This document shows positions 60,796 to 64,000 of a stretch of DNA of 64,000 nt, piece after piece (positions within the stretch are counted from its first letter, which is position 1; each line of letters begins with the position of its first letter). The stretch is from Ramazzottius varieornatus (Eukaryota > Animalia > Tardigrada). The notes below the pieces were generated by a model. It saw only the letters and a program-made list of their open reading frames with translations. It did no database searches and was not told the DNA's origin. The translations under genes and the position numbers were made by a program. The DNA lies in the NCBI GenBank assembly GCA_001949185.1, contig BDGG01000001.1, positions 7,638,149 to 7,702,148 of the forward strand. Direction: 5' to 3'.

Positions 60796-61573
60796 CCGCA
60801 TATACACAACATTTTATAGCTCCTTGTTTTTCTTGATTGTTGTCGCTTTGCATTAATCATTCAGGACCTTCAGGTTCATCCGCTGTTTGGTCAGCAGCTT
60901 CTTTGACTGTTGTGGTTTATGTTTACGCAGTTCTCTTATGTTCATTCTAAATTTTGATTACTAGAAAACGGATTGGAGTCGCTATGATCGCCGCTTTGTG
61001 TATTTATCAAAAGTATAACTTGTAGCTTCTTTGTGGCATCTGGAGAACGCCATGCTATCAGTCTCGTCGGATATTAATACTTACTGCCGTCACTGTGGAA
61101 TGGCATTAGAATTCATCTGCCACAGCGGTGAAAAGGTGCGTTACGGTCGTATGGCCTGAAGAATACACGACGAGTCACTCGAAGAGCCGCAGGCCAAACA
61201 GCGGACATTAGACGGGGATCTTCTACAGAGTGGCCACCTGGTGACTTTATGCTTGCTTAAGTGGCAAAGACTAGCTTCTTGGCGGAAGTAAAGTCGTCAT
61301 TTGCCTTGAAGAGCCACGCGCGCAGAATATTCGGAATAATTACGGGGATTTTGTCGGATGTCTTCATCCTATCAATCGACTAGCGAACCTGTTTATATTT
61401 ACCCACTCCGAACGAGGAACATAATTTACCTCGCTTCTTTAGAGCTTGTATTCTCTGTAAGTTTATGCCGCTGTGTTTCTTGCCTTGCATTGTTCATCAC
61501 ATAACAGTTTGATAGAATATTGTGTGCGAATGCCGGCAGGGAGAAATCCATTGTGATCAATGGAAAAACTCCG

Positions 61574-64000
61574 ATGGATCTTAGGACATGGACAAGGATC
61601 TGTTTTAAAGTTTTCATCAACATTCTACCGATTTTGTCGTTGGCGGCATGCGGCCCATTGGGTCCTCTAGGTCCGTACGGCAAATGTCCGGACAGTAACG
61701 CATCGGAGCGTTTGAACGAGCGCTGCCGACTGCGCCGCTTCATCCATCCACGCGACAACAACACCCTCCTGCAGTGTGCTTCGGCTACTTCATACGACTT
61801 ACACGACGCACTTGCACAATACGCCGCCCGCAAGTGCCACTTTGTGCTCTTCTTGGATATCATCTCCATCTATGGTAACGACACGCTAGATTTAGCCGAA
61901 GACGCTTTCGAGGCGATTCCGAGCATCACGACCCATTTGCAGTTGTGGGGTCTCACCTGGATCGTTCCCAAGAACTGGAACGAACTGACGCCTTTCGTGC
62001 TGACCAATACCATAACGCAGCTGCATTTGGTCAACATGCGCTTCATCCCGCCGGATAACCTCCTACCTTTTGATCTCTTCAAAGGCCTTGACAAGGTTAG
62101 ATGGAATTTTGACTTCTTCCGGCAGGCTTTTCGCCCCACAGTATCTACAAACCGGTTAAGTACACCGGTGACTGACCGGCGTTTGTTGACGGCGTCCGAA
62201 GTTAATTACTGTAAATATTCGCTGCGTCCGCGCAGTACGTACACGTACGTGACGATGCACCCCTGTAGGGGGTTGTGTAATTCGTGAAAGTGGACCAGGG
62301 CTGCACTTCACTTGTACGATGACGTACTGCGCGGACGCAGCGCAGTACGTCATCTTACAGTACCTGACAATGACAAATCGTAAAAACAATAAGCATCGAC
62401 GTCCATTGCCGTAAAGCTCACGTCAAGTACTGCCTCATCAGTAATCGATCAAGATGCTTTGACCTACGATATAGTCAATAAAAATATCACAGACGCTAGA
62501 CGGTGGGTCGCTATAGGTTCTTGACATCAACTAGCCGACCTGAAAAAGACAGTTGCTGTTATCCTTTCTGAAAAGCAGGCGTGAAAAACCAAGGGTACAT
62601 TCAGTTTGTCCGTTCCTTTCTATCAAGTTTTACGGTCACGCGCACCTCAAAGTTTTTGGGTGGTATTTTTAGGTCGAGCGTCTGGCAATCTTTCATACCG
62701 AACTTCCCCTCATCGAAGAAGGCTTCTTCGACGTCTTTCCCAGATTAAGCTGTCTAAAGCTTTACAATATCTCCATCCCCTGCATGTGTCCAATGAAGTG
62801 GTTTCACGACTGGCTCCTCAGCAATCAGTTCACCATGATCTTCAACGGCGACATGGACTGTGGGCTGTACAGCACCAACTGTTACGGCAACGGCCTGGAC
62901 GGCGTTTTCATCTTCAGTCCCGACGTCGACAGCACGCTGGCGGCTTGCGCATCCACACCTAAAATCAGTGCGAAAATGGGGGACTTTACGCTTCCAAGTA
63001 GCCTGACGGCAAGCGGCACCGGCCTTGACGACAGTTTCAAAGTTGGAGACGAAGAAAGAGCCGACAAGGTAAGCACAAGACTTTTGGGCGGCTGGCAAAT
63101 AGCTAAAAAACTTTTCCCAAACCTGCATACATATGATCCATTTGAGTAAATGGTCGGTCGTATGCTGGTGCATAATACCAGGCACGTACGCGTCAGTGCA
63201 CGAGTTAACGACAAACAAAAAGTCTCGCCCACCTGCATACACTTTGACTGCTATCTACCACACGCAGATTGGTGTGTATGTCTGGGAAAATCCTTGATCA
63301 TTGCCAATTCAGCAACTGATTTGTTCCGATATTCGATGGTGACTGCTCAACAGATGATGTACCAAGCGGAACGAAGATCCGACGTCCAGCAACTGGATCC
63401 AATCACCCTCGAGTGCAAACCAGAAGGCTTCCGCATCCTCATCCCGCTTCGGACCTCGCCCATCCGACGAGCCGAGTTCTGGAACCACGGACATGTACCG
63501 GCATGTTCAAGTGACAAGAACGAGGAAACAAGCGAACGGATGTTAGTACTCACCAGTAATTACTCATCCTGTGGGACCTTGCTAATGGAGGACGAGGAGA
63601 GTCTGATCTTCCAAAACGTTGTGGTTGTTCAGCACCCGGAAGCAGCGAACAACAGCAACGATCTCATCGAACGCGTGGAGTTCTCCATGATCCCTGTTGT
63701 CTGCAACTTCATGAGAGCGGACCAGTTCTCCTTCCTGCAAAGTACCGACTTACAACCGGCTTCAGTTAGGAGAATGAAGGATCCACTCAGCGGAAACAGC
63801 ACGGCCAAAGTCCGGTAAAGGAAACTTGTGATTAGCCCAGGCGAACTCGCGCACTTACCCGTAAAACCTAGAGTGAACCAAACATGACACTGGAGTTAGC
63901 AGCACGAGTTGATCTGGGCGGTTCAGCTTACGAGATGAAGCGTATTATTTAGGGCAACGTTTCGTTTCTTGCAGGATTGAAATCGTGAACGCCGTTGCTT
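61574..64000 (+). CDS. Secreted/membrane protein with LRR-like region, LRRCT and ZP-N-like domain; 3' end beyond window
   Basis: Hydrophobic leader (ICFKVFINILPILSLAAC); L..DAFEAI, LFKGLDK and GFFDVFPRL LRR-like motifs; PCMCPMKWFHDWL (LRRCT); ITLECKPEGFRI..C..SSCGTLL..IFQNVVVVQ..IPVVCNF (ZP-N cysteine pattern). Confidence 0.7.

Overview
Eukaryotic genomic DNA from a compact, intron-rich animal genome with short GT-AG introns and roughly balanced GC. A tardigrade such as Ramazzottius is my guess, not shown by the sequence. The ORF track mostly captures exon fragments and shadow ORFs. Recognisable genes are SF3B2 (-, runs off the left edge), YEATS4/GAS41 (-), GRWD1/RRB1 (+), a FAM185A/DUF4097-like gene (-), a small secreted Cys-type LysM gene (-), a highly atypical Na+/K+-ATPase-alpha-like P2C pump (-), KDM8/JMJD5 (-) and an LRR+ZP extracellular protein gene (+, runs off the right edge). 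The main unexplained system lies at about 5.6-31.2 kb, between SF3B2 and YEATS4. It is a cluster of six paralogs (A-F; three apparently intact, three pseudogenes) of a family I cannot name. Each has 1-2 copies of a ~100-aa N-terminal domain, a charged NLS-rich linker (AT-hook-like in copy F) and four tandem repeats that resemble BEN DNA-binding domains. The cluster shows gene-conversion patches, a micro-inversion linking copies A and B, and an intron polymorphism. Many introns carry a ~100-170 bp fold-back repeat (AAGTGGCGCAC...GTGCGCCACTT). Several hAT-type MITEs with 8-bp TSDs sit in promoter regions. The 52.2-60.8 kb interval is a nest of pogo, hAT and RLE non-LTR elements. An assembly gap lies at 39200-39598. 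All coordinates were read by eye, and exon edges are approximate unless stated.
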